A DNA stretch of 24,000 nt from positions 4,198-28,197 of the forward strand of contig DASTDY010000070.1 of assembly GCA_035710125.1 (NCBI GenBank), in the 5' to 3' direction. This DNA is from Candidatus Saccharimonadales bacterium. GTDB taxonomy: Bacteria > Patescibacteriota > Saccharimonadia > Saccharimonadales > EFPC-124. Below, piece after piece: positions 1 to 11,222 of this stretch. Made by a program: the position numbers and the translations under genes. The number at the start of each line of letters is the position of its first letter. The stretch's first letter is position 1. A model generated the notes under the pieces. That model searched no databases, was not told the DNA's origin, and saw nothing but the letters and a program-made list of their open reading frames with translations.

Positions 1-92
1 CGCACAATTACTTGGGCAATATCAAAATCTACACCAAACCGTTCTTTGCACGATTTTTCTATTGCGATATCGCCGAGCATTTCTTCGTTCAT
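1..92 (-). CDS. Hypothetical protein, N-terminal part, runs off the window (MNEEMLGDIAIEKSCKERFGVDFDIAQVIV...); alternative in-frame ATG at 173
   Basis: Open minus-strand frame to the window edge; TATAAT-like -10 at 102-107 sits 9 nt upstream of the ATG at 92. Not in the supplied ORF track. Confidence 0.4.
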   Translation of the reverse strand, partial: MNEEMLGDIAIEKSCKERFGVDFDIAQVIV

Positions 93-180
93 ACTGCTGT
101 AATTATAACGCCAGTGGCGGGGGAGTGAAAGCAAAAGCGGTTTGCGCTTAATTTCGAAGTTCAAACAGAACATTTAAAAA

Positions 181-209
181 TTGACACATTAAAGTTTATA
201 TTATAATAT
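181..209 (+). promoter_or_regulatory. Sigma70-like promoter of first GC-rich cassette
   Basis: TTGACA 181-186, 17-nt spacer, TAATAT 204-209 (overlapping TATAAT at 202-207). Confidence 0.7.
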
Positions 210-246
210 TTACGCTACATTGGCCCTCTGACCCTGGAGACAGCAC

Positions 247-714
247 ATGACCATCGCCGGCAACAGCAGCCTGACGCATGTCAGCGAACTGGCACAGGAC
301 ACCAACACCGACCCGGCCGCCATAGAGGCGGCATGTATCGAGCTCCTGCCCGAATGGGAGGACATGGTGCCCACCGACCAGAGCAGGCTGTTCTTGCTGC
401 TGGCCGAGGCCATCGGCACCGACCCGAACCGTCTGGACGCAGCCGCCGAGCTGGCCAACGAGGCCTGGCAACTGGCCCGAGAAGACGACAGCATCGTGCT
501 GGCCGTCGAAGCACGATGCGCCTACGCACGCTTCACCGCACACGAGTGCACCACGTTCGAGGAGTACATGGGAGGCACCATGAAGCTCGGGTTCCACCTC
601 CTGATCAAGTTCGCCCAGTTGCCGAGCGACGAGATCGACGCGATCACCGAGGCTCTGAAAAAGGTCTACGCCCACGGGGTGTCGCTGATCGCCAAGGGCG
701 TACTCACCGACTAG
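247..714 (+). CDS. Hypothetical alpha-helical protein (155 aa), TPR-like look; paralogous to the 846-1232 product
   Basis: ORF with GGAG upstream, strong promoter, downstream terminator; GC-rich codon usage. Confidence 0.7.
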   Translation: MTIAGNSSLTHVSELAQDTNTDPAAIEAACIELLPEWEDMVPTDQSRLFLLLAEAIGTDPNRLDAAAELANEAWQLAREDDSIVLAVEARCAYARFTAHECTTFEEYMGGTMKLGFHLLIKFAQLPSDEIDAITEALKKVYAHGVSLIAKGVLTD

Positions 715-724
715 CAGGCCGATG

Positions 725-766
725 CGCCCCAAGCATGTTACCAAGATTACATGCTTGGGGCGTTTT
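725..766 (+). terminator. Intrinsic terminator
   Basis: 14-bp perfect stem CGCCCCAAGCATGT/ACATGCTTGGGGCG (725-738/749-762), 10-nt loop, followed by TTTT. Confidence 0.85.
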
Positions 767-783
767 CGATTGTGTATAAAACA

Positions 784-812
784 TTGACAAATAAACTTAT
801 TTATTATAGGAT
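784..812 (+). promoter_or_regulatory. Promoter of second cassette
   Basis: TTGACA 784-789, 17-nt spacer, TAGGAT 807-812; surrounding AT-rich tract also contains TATAAT. Confidence 0.55.
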
Positions 813-845
813 ATAATAATCAATCCTCTTGCCCTAGGGGTGCAC

Positions 846-1232
846 ATGGCCGAGTTCAACGAAGACGACCACATCAAGACCGTCGCAGACGCCATTGAGG
901 TGGCACTGATCGACGCAGAAGACCTGGCCGAAGCAGGCAACTACAACGAGGCGATCACCCTCGCCGACCGTGCCGCCCAGATCGCCTACAGCAAGGGCAA
1001 CGTCGTGCTGGCCGTCAAGGCAGCCAGCGACGCCCACCGCTACAACGCCCGCAGCCTGACGCTGGCGGAATTCTGGAAAAGCTTCCACGAGTTCTACAGC
1101 ATCGTCAGGAACGAGTGGCTGCAAGGCCGCAGCGACGCCGAGGCCAAGCAGGCCTACGTGTTGCTTCAAGAGCTCGAAACGTTTGGCGACGACCTCGCCA
1201 AACAGCGTGCCCTCGAAGCGCCTGAGGACTGA
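846..1232 (+). CDS. Hypothetical alpha-helical protein (MAEFNEDDHIKTVADAIEVALIDAEDLAEAG...), paralog of 247-714
   Basis: ORF; alternative ATG at 840; promoter upstream and hairpin downstream. Confidence 0.7.
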   Translation: MAEFNEDDHIKTVADAIEVALIDAEDLAEAGNYNEAITLADRAAQIAYSKGNVVLAVKAASDAHRYNARSLTLAEFWKSFHEFYSIVRNEWLQGRSDAEAKQAYVLLQELETFGDDLAKQRALEAPED

Positions 1233-1290
1233 TACCGTCCCCGGACTACCTGCCATCAACCGGCAGGAACGTCCGGGGCGCTTCAGTTTT
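1215..1290 (+). terminator. Complex terminator-like structure
   Basis: CCCCGGAC/GTCCGGGG (1239-1246/1271-1278) enclosing CCTGCC/GGCAGG (1249-1254/1262-1267); alternative outer pairing GAAGCGCC (1215-1222)/GGCGCTTC (1277-1284); TTTT at 1287-1290. Confidence 0.6.
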
Positions 1291-1312
1291 AAAAACATTT
1301 TTAAACCTCTGA

Positions 1313-1341
1313 TTGCCCCAAGCGCCCCACCACAGTACAAT
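1313..1341 (+). promoter_or_regulatory. Promoter of helicase gene, giving a leaderless mRNA
   Basis: TTGCCC 1313-1318, 17-nt spacer, TACAAT 1336-1341, ATG 7 nt further on (1349). Confidence 0.65.
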
Positions 1342-1348
1342 AGATAAG

Positions 1349-4300
1349 ATGACGGAGTTCACCCAAGCGTATGCGGCATTAAATGCTGCTCAAAAACAGG
1401 CGGTCGACACAATTGACGGACCAGTTTTGGTTGTAGCCGGCCCTGGCACCGGCAAAACGCAGCTTCTTGGCATGCGCGCGGCAAATATTGTGCGTAAAAC
1501 AGATGTGCTGCCGGGCAATATTTTATGCCTTACATTTACCGAATCTGCCGCCGCAGCCATGCGCCAGCGCCTTATTAGCCTCATGGGGCCAGAAGGCAAC
1601 AAGGTGGCGGTGCATACATTCCACAGTTTTGGGTCAGAAATTATTAGTAATAACGCCGAATATTTTTATAACGGCGCCAAATTTGCACCCGCAGACGACC
1701 TTGCTAGTTACGAAATCCTGCGCGAGATTTTTGAATCGCTGCCGCACAGTTCACCACTCGCCAAAACCATGAACGGCGAATTCACCTCGTTAAAAGATGC
1801 GCGCGCTGCAATCTCGCACCTAAAACGCGCCGGCTTGTTGCCAGCCGAGCTTGGCGTAGTACTCGACCATAACAAACTATTTTGTGACGCAGCAGAACCA
1901 ATCCTGGGCGAACTGTTTGCAAACCGGCTTTCTAAAAAAGATTTGCCATCGTTTGGGACGGCTGCCGAGCAATTAGCTGCGTTCAAAGCCAAACCCATGC
2001 CACTTGGCTTTATAAAACCACTGCACCAACTTTGCACGGTAGAATTTAGCCGCGCAATCCAAGACGCAATCCAAACGGGCAAAACTACTCCTCTTACCGC
2101 GTGGCGCAACCGTTGGCTCGAAAAGAACCATCTTGGCGTTTTTGTTTTTAAAGACCGCAAGCAGAGCAAAAAACTGGGCGCACTCATTAAGGTGTACCAA
2201 AAATACCTAGAATCGCTGCAAGAACACATGCTGTTCGACTTTGACGACATGGTGAGCTCAGTAGCCCACACGCTAGAAACCGTGGCCGAACTGCGCCTAA
2301 ACCTACAAGAACAGTACCAATATATTATGGTAGACGAATTCCAAGACACCAACGGCGCCCAATCGCGCTTGCTGGCTGCGCTTACCGAAAACCCGCTCAA
2401 CGAAAACCGCCCCAACGTACTTGCGGTAGGCGATGACGACCAAGCTATTTATGCATTCCAGGGCGCAGAACTCAGTAACATACTAGAGTTTGCTGCCCGC
2501 TATAACGACACTAAAGTTATTACACTTACCGATAACTACCGCTCGACCGCCCAAGTACTCTCACATGCCCGCCGCGTGATAACACTGGGCGAAAACCGGC
2601 TCGAAAACTCATTGCAAGACATCCGCAAAGACTTAATCGCCCACAACACAGCCGCGCCGTCGGGCACAGAACTTCACGTTGCTAAAACCCCCGACGCAGA
2701 GCTCCACTGGATCGCTGCCCAGGTTAAAAAGCGCGTGCAAAACGGGATGCCCGCCCAGGATATTGCCATTTTAGCCCGTACGCACCGGCAACTTATACAG
2801 CTTGTGCCTCATTTGCACGCCGCAGGCATCGCAGTCAATTACGAACGTCGCAACAACGTACTAGAAAGCCAACCAATCCAAGAGCTCATTACGCTTGCAG
2901 AAGTGACAGTGGCAATATCTGAACAACGCTATGACATTGCCGAAAGCCTGCTGCCCGAACTTTTAAGCTATAAGTTTTGGGGCATAACAACTGCCGACCT
3001 CTGGAAACTATCGGTCCGTGCCTACAAAGAGCGCCGCATGTGGCTCGAACTTATGGTAGATTCTAAAGGCAGACTGCGCCAGATTGCCGAATTTTTAATT
3101 GTTGCCTCGCACAACGCTACACATGACCCACTCGAAGAAATACTGGACTTCCTGCTAGGAAGCAACGAACAGCAAGTGCCAGCCGAAGATACCGATTCTG
3201 ACCTGCCATTCTTGCACAACACCACAGACGACGAAGAAACGTTTATTTCGCCCTTCCGCGCCTACTTTTTTAACCAAGGGCAACTGCAAAAAAACCCGAC
3301 CGCCTATTTAACCCTGCTTAGCAACCTGCGTGCAATCCGTCGCGGTGCCGCCGCATACCGTCCCAATAGCATACTAAGCTTGCGCAGTTTTATAGATTTT
3401 ATTGAACTATGCGAACGTACCAATACCCCTGTTGTAGACACCGGAACCACACACGAATCTGCACACGGCGTCCACCTAATGACAGCCCACAAAGCAAAAG
3501 GGCTAGAATTTAACACCGTGTTCGTTGTAAGCTGCCAAGACGATGTATGGGGGCGCAAAACCCGCCATAAATACACCAGCTTGAGCTTTCCGCACAACCT
3601 GCCCATAGAGCCTGCCGGCCAAAAGTACGACGATGCCCTGCGTTTGTTTTTTGTAGCTATGACGCGGGCCAAACAACACTTAATTTTGTCGGCGCACCTT
3701 GCTGACGCCGATGGCAAAGAACGAATTTTAGCAGAATTTTTGCAAGATGACAGCCTTTCGCCCATACCCGCAACCGAAGACGACGCGCCAAAACTAGAAG
3801 AACGCAGCCCGGGGTGGGAACTCCGGCACCTCACCCTGCCACAAGTAGACCAAAAGGTATTGTTACAGCCCATCCTAGACTCATACCAATTAAGCGCAAC
3901 CCACCTAAATAACTTCTTAGATATCACCCGCGGCGGCCCGCAGGCATTTTTACTACAGAACCTACTGCGTTTTCCGCAGGCAATCACCTCTGGCCAAGCA
4001 TTTGGCCAAGCCGTGCACGCAGTGCTGGCCCGCGCCCATACTCATTTAACGGCCACTGGCGAACGCCGCCCCATAGAAGATATCCTGCACGACTACGAAC
4101 TGCAACTGCAACAAAACCTGCTCAGCGAAAAAGAATTTAGCTATTTGCTAGAGAAGGGCAGCGAAGTCCTACATACCTTTTTAGCCGCCCGTTACGATAG
4201 CTTTTTGCCGGAACAGAAGGCAGAGCGCAGTTTCAGCACCCAGGGCGTGCGGCTCGGCGACGTCCGGCTAACCGGCGCAATCGACCTACTAGACATAGAC

Positions 4301-4687
4301 AAGCAAGCCAAAACCCTAATTGTTACCGACTACAAAACAGGCAAATGCCACTCAAACTGGCGCGGCGCAACCGACTACGAGCGCATTAAGCTACATAAAT
4401 ACAAGCAACAACTTATGCTGTACAAAATTTTGGCAGAAAACTCGCGCGATTTTCAGGGTTACACAGCCACCAAGGGCGTACTCGACTTTGTAGAACCAGA
4501 CGAAAACCGCCAATGCCACAGCCTAGAGCTCATCTACAACCCCGAAGACATGGCGCAGTTTAAGCAGCTCGTTACCAAAGTATGGCAGCACATTGTGGAA
4601 TTAAACTTCCCAGATGTCAGCAGCTACGACCCCACGCTCAACGGTATGCTCGCGTTTGAGCGGGATCTTCTAGACGGTACCATCTAA
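1349..4687 (+). CDS. UvrD/PcrA-family (SF1) ATP-dependent helicase with C-terminal PD-(D/E)XK nuclease domain
   Basis: Walker A GPGTGKT; DEFQDTN; VGDDDQAIYAFQGA; LMTAHKAKGLEFNTVFV; C-terminal GQAVHAVLARAH and TGAIDLLDID...DYKTG nuclease motifs. The ORF track start at 1313 is a TTG inside the -35 box, so ATG 1349 is preferred. Confidence 0.92.
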   Translation: MTEFTQAYAALNAAQKQAVDTIDGPVLVVAGPGTGKTQLLGMRAANIVRKTDVLPGNILCLTFTESAAAAMRQRLISLMGPEGNKVAVHTFHSFGSEIISNNAEYFYNGAKFAPADDLASYEILREIFESLPHSSPLAKTMNGEFTSLKDARAAISHLKRAGLLPAELGVVLDHNKLFCDAAEPILGELFANRLSKKDLPSFGTAAEQLAAFKAKPMPLGFIKPLHQLCTVEFSRAIQDAIQTGKTTPLTAWRNRWLEKNHLGVFVFKDRKQSKKLGALIKVYQKYLESLQEHMLFDFDDMVSSVAHTLETVAELRLNLQEQYQYIMVDEFQDTNGAQSRLLAALTENPLNENRPNVLAVGDDDQAIYAFQGAELSNILEFAARYNDTKVITLTDNYRSTAQVLSHARRVITLGENRLENSLQDIRKDLIAHNTAAPSGTELHVAKTPDAELHWIAAQVKKRVQNGMPAQDIAILARTHRQLIQLVPHLHAAGIAVNYERRNNVLESQPIQELITLAEVTVAISEQRYDIAESLLPELLSYKFWGITTADLWKLSVRAYKERRMWLELMVDSKGRLRQIAEFLIVASHNATHDPLEEILDFLLGSNEQQVPAEDTDSDLPFLHNTTDDEETFISPFRAYFFNQGQLQKNPTAYLTLLSNLRAIRRGAAAYRPNSILSLRSFIDFIELCERTNTPVVDTGTTHESAHGVHLMTAHKAKGLEFNTVFVVSCQDDVWGRKTRHKYTSLSFPHNLPIEPAGQKYDDALRLFFVAMTRAKQHLILSAHLADADGKERILAEFLQDDSLSPIPATEDDAPKLEERSPGWELRHLTLPQVDQKVLLQPILDSYQLSATHLNNFLDITRGGPQAFLLQNLLRFPQAITSGQAFGQAVHAVLARAHTHLTATGERRPIEDILHDYELQLQQNLLSEKEFSYLLEKGSEVLHTFLAARYDSFLPEQKAERSFSTQGVRLGDVRLTGAIDLLDIDKQAKTLIVTDYKTGKCHSNWRGATDYERIKLHKYKQQLMLYKILAENSRDFQGYTATKGVLDFVEPDENRQCHSLELIYNPEDMAQFKQLVTKVWQHIVELNFPDVSSYDPTLNGMLAFERDLLDGTI

Positions 4688-4851
4688 AAGCTGAGGACCA
4701 CCCAGTAGATAACAGACGCTAAACCTCGTTTTCCACAGGTTTTACCTAAAAATCCTCTGGAACACCCCGGGAACTTAGGCTACTCTTAGACTGCTCAGAA
4801 TTTAGAGCATCATAGCAAGGTGTAGACGACCCAAGTAAAGGAAGTGTCGCT

Positions 4852-5356
4852 ATGCACTCGAGGATACGGAGGACGCTGCTAGCTGCAGCGTTGGTGATAT
4901 TCATCTCCGCAAGTCTGGCAGCAACTCCCGCTCAGGCAGCAGATGGCTGTTATGGCGACTACTGTTCCGGACGCGATCCGTCAAACTACCGGTGTAGGCA
5001 ATGTCCCATGTGCTAACGACGCCAAGTCCGTGATGCACGCAGATTTGGAGGTATATCGACCCGACTACCCGGGCGCCGTCACCGGCTCCTGGGTGAAGGT
5101 CGGCGACCTTGACCTGCGATGGTCGCCTCGGTGTCAAACCAACTGGGCCAGGGCAAGCATGTTTGCAGACACCACAATGATCGCGGCGAGCGTCACCCAA
5201 AGCACTGGCTACACGATGCGCCGTCAGACCAATGGCTGGTGGGGCGGTTCATCATCAGGTGTCTACTGGACGAACATGATTTACTCGCCAGTGGCCGCCT
5301 GCAGGGCCTGGGTTGAGGGTGGCTCGTTCCGCACAAGTTCGACCGGCTGGAGATAG
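4852..5356 (+). pseudogene. DUF2690-like secreted protein, apparently frameshifted (signal peptide plus first Cys motif in frame 1; remainder in frame 2)
   Basis: ATG 4852: MHSRIRRTLLAAALVIFISASLAATPAQAADGCYGDYCSGRDPSN, then the other frame TGVGNVPCANDAKSVMHADLEVYRPDYPG...VKVGDLDLRWSPRCQTNWARA...; SD AAGGAAG upstream. Confidence 0.75.
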
Positions 5357-5369
5357 TCCTGCTATGGCA

Positions 5370-5399
5370 CCCCGTTGCACCCAAAGTTGTGCAACGGGG
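5370..5399 (+). terminator. Hairpin downstream of the DUF2690-like gene
   Basis: CCCCGTTGCAC/GTGCAACGGGG 11-bp perfect stem, 8-nt loop; no clear T-run. Confidence 0.6.
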
Positions 5400-5440
5400 G
5401 TATAAGCCTTACTATAAAATAAGTGAGCAAAGGAATGTGA

Positions 5441-5644
5441 ATGTACCCAATACAACATGCAATAGCATATCTGGTTTTATTATTAATGAGCGCCGTCTTA
5501 GTTATTGTTTTACCTAAGGTGATTGATTTGTTGCCTCTTACGAAAGAATCCAAAAATCAAGCAATTGGAATCGCTATAGGAGGCGTAATTATATTTGCGG
5601 TGATATCTTATATCCTACAGCCGTTTGCAATGCTTCTTGGTTAA
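5441..5644 (+). CDS. Small membrane protein (67 aa, two predicted hydrophobic helices)
   Basis: ORF with AAAGGAA upstream and a TATAAA box at 5413; strongly hydrophobic sequence. Confidence 0.6.
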   Translation: MYPIQHAIAYLVLLLMSAVLVIVLPKVIDLLPLTKESKNQAIGIAIGGVIIFAVISYILQPFAMLLG

Positions 5645-5792
5645 ATCAAAGACTTAGTGTCACCTGCACTATTCCAGTTACTGCGTTATTTTCGATTTCC
5701 CTATAAACTAGTAGAGCTTACTTATCACGTTGAAACCCTTCGCGATCCGCAAGACGAAGACCGAGGTTTAGCTACCGTCCACAAGGAACTTT

Positions 5793-6218
5793 CTACAAAC
5801 GTTTGCGATGCCGGCGAAGCTCTGCGACTTTAAGGCGTACAGCGTGACGGTCTATTAAGGCCTCGGCGTGGTCTAGTTCTACCTGGCCCTTGGCTTCTGC
5901 CTTTAGTTTTTTAGCCCGTTCGAGCGCTTCGCGGGCTTCGCTTTCTACAATATCTGCCGCGTGGTCGGCTTCGTCTACCAATAGCCGCACATGATGGCCC
6001 GACACTTCAGCCACGCCACCGTTTATGGCAAAAATCTCTACTTGGTCGTCGCTGTCGGTTTTGGTGCGGCGCACTTTTACCACACCGGCAACTACTGCAG
6101 TTACTAGCGGCGAGTGCTGCGGGTACACGGCCACCCCGCCAACAGGAGTAGGCAAGATTACCTCGTACACGTCTTCTTGGATTTTAGGGCCAGTGAGTGT
6201 TACAAATTCGAGCTTCAT
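5793..6218 (-). CDS. atpC: F1Fo ATP synthase subunit epsilon
   Basis: MKLEFVTLTGPKIQEDVYEVILPTPVGGVAVYPQHSPLVTAV...EIFAINGGVAEV; last gene of the atp operon. Confidence 0.9.
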   Translation of the reverse strand: MKLEFVTLTGPKIQEDVYEVILPTPVGGVAVYPQHSPLVTAVVAGVVKVRRTKTDSDDQVEIFAINGGVAEVSGHHVRLLVDEADHAADIVESEAREALERAKKLKAEAKGQVELDHAEALIDRHAVRLKVAELRRHRKRL

Positions 6219-6225
6219 TGCGGAG

Positions 6226-8486
<2,261 letters not shown>

Positions 8487-8489
8487 GGT

Positions 8490-10013
8490 TTAGGCCTCAT
8501 ACCCCTTAGCTATTTTTTTAGCGGTGGCCAGAATGAGCTTGCTTGTTTCTTCAGATGGTTTTGCACCTTTGCTCAGCTCTTTCATGGCGTCTTTGTGGTC
8601 GGCCCACAGGTCGGCTATAAGGGCGCGGGTAGCATCGTGAAGTTTTTCTACGGGCACGTGGTCGAACTCGCCTTGCGTAGCAGGCAATAATACGGCAACT
8701 TGCTCCCACACGCTCATTGGGCTGTATTGGGGCTGTTTGAGCAGTTCGGTGAGGCGTTGGCCGCGGTTGATGCGCTGTTTAGTCTGGGCATCTAGGTCGG
8801 TGCTAAATTGGGTGAATGCGGCAAGCTCGCGGAAACGCGCAAGGTCTAACTTTAGGCCGCCGCCAACGCTTTTAACAGCCTTGGTTTGGGCAGCGCCACC
8901 AACACGGCTCACACTTAAACCAACCGAAATGGCAGGGCGGATACCCTGGTAGAACAAACTTGTCTCTAAGAAAATCTGGCCATCGGTAATAGAAATGACG
9001 TTGGTTGGAATGTACGCACTAATGTCGCCGGCTTGGGTCTCGATTATCGGCAAGGCAGTCAGCGAGCCACTCCCAAGTTTGTCGTTCAATTTAGCCGATC
9101 GCTCCAGCAAGCGTGAATGCAGGTAAAACACATCACCAGGGTAGGCTTCGCGGCCTGGTGGGCGGCGCAATAGTAGCGACATCTGGCGGTAGGCAACAGC
9201 GTGCTTTGTGAGGTCGTCGTAAATAATCAGCGCATGCTGTTTGTTGTCGCGGAAATATTCCGCCATAGCCGTGCCTGCATAAGGGGCCAGGTACAAGAGC
9301 GACGCAGGGTCGGCAGGGCTGGTCGCAACCACAATAGATTGCTCCATAACGCCTTCTTCTTTAAGGCGCTCAACCAAGCGGCTTACTTTGCTCAGCTTTT
9401 GGCCAACGGCAACATACACGTTGATCACACCTGTTTTTTGGCGGTGCTGGTTAATCATGGTGTCGAGTGCAATAGCAGTTTTACCAGTTTGGCGGTCGCC
9501 AATAATCAATTCGCGCTGGCCACGGCCAATTGGCACAATGGCGTCGATTGCCATTAGGCCAGTCATCATGGGTTCGTGTACCGATTTACGGTCCATCACC
9601 CCTGGTGCAGCACGCTCGACCAAGCCGGTTTGCTTAGCCTTGATTGGGCCCTTGCCATCGAGCGGACGGCCAAGCGGATCTACCACGCGGCCAAGCAGTT
9701 CGGGACCAACCGGAACGGTAAGCACCGTGCCCTTTAATTTTACGCGGGCACCGGCAGCTACTTTGCTGTCTGCGCCGAGCAGTACGGCACCAATTTCGTC
9801 TTCCATTAGGTTTAGGGCGAACGCTTCAACGGTAGAGCCATCGGTAGCTTCGATCTCTAGCACCTCGTTAAAACCGGCGTTTGTTAAGCCGTACACCCAC
9901 GCCACACCGTCACCAATGCGGGTGACAATCCCGACCTCTTGAAGGTCTTGGTCGCTTTTTAGCTGGCTTATTGCAGCCTGCAACTCATTTGAGAGTTCTT
10001 TTACAGATATCAT
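8490..10013 (-). CDS. atpA: F1Fo ATP synthase subunit alpha
   Basis: [28 protein letters not shown]; full-length alpha family sequence. Confidence 0.97.
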   Translation of the reverse strand: MISVKELSNELQAAISQLKSDQDLQEVGIVTRIGDGVAWVYGLTNAGFNEVLEIEATDGSTVEAFALNLMEDEIGAVLLGADSKVAAGARVKLKGTVLTVPVGPELLGRVVDPLGRPLDGKGPIKAKQTGLVERAAPGVMDRKSVHEPMMTGLMAIDAIVPIGRGQRELIIGDRQTGKTAIALDTMINQHRQKTGVINVYVAVGQKLSKVSRLVERLKEEGVMEQSIVVATSPADPASLLYLAPYAGTAMAEYFRDNKQHALIIYDDLTKHAVAYRQMSLLLRRPPGREAYPGDVFYLHSRLLERSAKLNDKLGSGSLTALPIIETQAGDISAYIPTNVISITDGQIFLETSLFYQGIRPAISVGLSVSRVGGAAQTKAVKSVGGGLKLDLARFRELAAFTQFSTDLDAQTKQRINRGQRLTELLKQPQYSPMSVWEQVAVLLPATQGEFDHVPVEKLHDATRALIADLWADHKDAMKELSKGAKPSEETSKLILATAKKIAKGYEA

Positions 10014-10408
10014 TTTATTCCTCCGGCAATTTGATTAAGCTGTCGGCGCACAGTTGCGTCGAGTTCGTGGCGAGGGGTGCGCACAAGTATGCCACCGACA
10101 AGGGAAGGATCGAGCGTACTCGAGAGCTCCACCGTCTTAGCGCCAGTAGACTGCATAAGCAGCGCTTCGAGCGCCGTACGGATATCGTCGGTCATGGCAT
10201 GCGCGTGCGAAACCTGCGCCACCATGTGTTGGTTTTGCAAAAATAGCTCATCGGCCATATCTTTAACCAGTAGGTCGAGTTGCTTCACTTGGTTGGTATC
10301 TATAAGATACGCCGCCACTTGCTGCACAATCTGAGGCTTATCGTTTGGACGCGCCAGCAGCATGCGCACAACTTCACGGGCAAAACGGCGACGGCTCAGT
10401 TTAGGCAT
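10010..10408 (-). CDS. atpH: F1Fo ATP synthase subunit delta
   Basis: [18 protein letters not shown]...; position between b and alpha; C-terminal [24 protein letters not shown]. Overlaps the atpF 3' end. Confidence 0.85.
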   Translation of the reverse strand: MPKLSRRRFAREVVRMLLARPNDKPQIVQQVAAYLIDTNQVKQLDLLVKDMADELFLQNQHMVAQVSHAHAMTDDIRTALEALLMQSTGAKTVELSSTLDPSLVGGILVRTPRHELDATVRRQLNQIAGGIK

Positions 10409-10973
10409 TCGACCGCCCCTTTGCTGCTTCCTGCAAGGCAGTCTTAATAAGCGCTGCATCTTTGGTCGGGTCTAGTTTTTCGCGAATAATCTGCTCAGTT
10501 GCAGCAGCAACAAGATGGGCCGCCTCTGCCTTGAGCGCCTCACGCGCCTTACCAACCTCTACGTCCATCTGGGCTTTTGCTTCTTTTACAATGTGCTCGG
10601 CACGGGTGGCAGCTTTGCGCTCGGCAGCCTCAACCATTTGCGCAGCCTCTTTGTGGCTTGCTGCAACAACGGCGTCGGCTTCTTCGCGCGCCTCAGCCAG
10701 CATGGCTGCAATGGTTGCCTCAGACTTCTTAAGCGCTTCTTCTGTCTTTGCGGCATGCGCCAGACTTTTTTCTACGGATTCGCGGCGGCCTTCGATAGTT
10801 GCAACAAGTTTTGGCAATACGAATTTTCGTAGCACCAACAGCACAATCACAAAAGTTACCAGCTGGAACAAAAATCCCTGCCAGTTTAGGCCAAGTGCAG
10901 CAATGCCACTGTCACCGCTCTTTTCGGCGGTTTGAGTAGCTGCTTCAGCGGCAACATGTAATAGGTTTTGCAC
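10401..10973 (-). CDS. atpF: F1Fo ATP synthase subunit b
   Basis: Single TM helix then a long charged coiled-coil; operon position. Confidence 0.93.
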   Translation of the reverse strand: MQNLLHVAAEAATQTAEKSGDSGIAALGLNWQGFLFQLVTFVIVLLVLRKFVLPKLVATIEGRRESVEKSLAHAAKTEEALKKSEATIAAMLAEAREEADAVVAASHKEAAQMVEAAERKAATRAEHIVKEAKAQMDVEVGKAREALKAEAAHLVAAATEQIIREKLDPTKDAALIKTALQEAAKGRSNA

Positions 10974-10985
10974 GGGCTAGCTCCT

Positions 10986-11201
10986 TTAGGCGGTTGTAAA
11001 CACGATCAGCAGAACAAAGGCAAGTACGGCGTCTACAAGACCAGCCATAATAAAGGCGGCAGACAACACCTTACCCTGTACCTCTGGGTTCTGGCCGACA
11101 GCCTTTACAGCCGATGCACCAATTAAACCTACGCCGATTGCTGGGCCAATTGCACCAAATGCAATGGTAAGGCCTTTAATTAAACTTGGGTCGATTTCCA
11201 T
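10986..11201 (-). CDS. atpE: F1Fo ATP synthase subunit c
   Basis: Two-helix hairpin GAIGPAIGVGLIGASAVKAVGQNPE...MAGLVDAVLAFVLLIVF; AAGGAG 7-8 nt upstream. Confidence 0.95.
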   Translation of the reverse strand: MEIDPSLIKGLTIAFGAIGPAIGVGLIGASAVKAVGQNPEVQGKVLSAAFIMAGLVDAVLAFVLLIVFTTA

Positions 11202-11222
11202 AAGATATCTCCTTATTTTTAC

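Noticed and set aside
834-1340. Minus-strand ORF of 168 aa
   Set aside because: Covers the terminator and helicase promoter; antisense of the 846-1232 gene.
1313-1348. Upstream TTG start of the helicase ORF
   Set aside because: The TTG lies in the -35 hexamer of a well-formed promoter, and the conserved N-terminus begins after ATG 1349.
4728-4738. DnaA-box-like TTTTCCACA
   Set aside because: A single near-match upstream of the frameshifted gene with no cluster; expected by chance.
5255-5262. TCATCAG (reverse-strand CTGATGA) as a hammerhead core
   Set aside because: Lies inside the DUF2690-like coding sequence, with no GAAA or helices on the minus strand.
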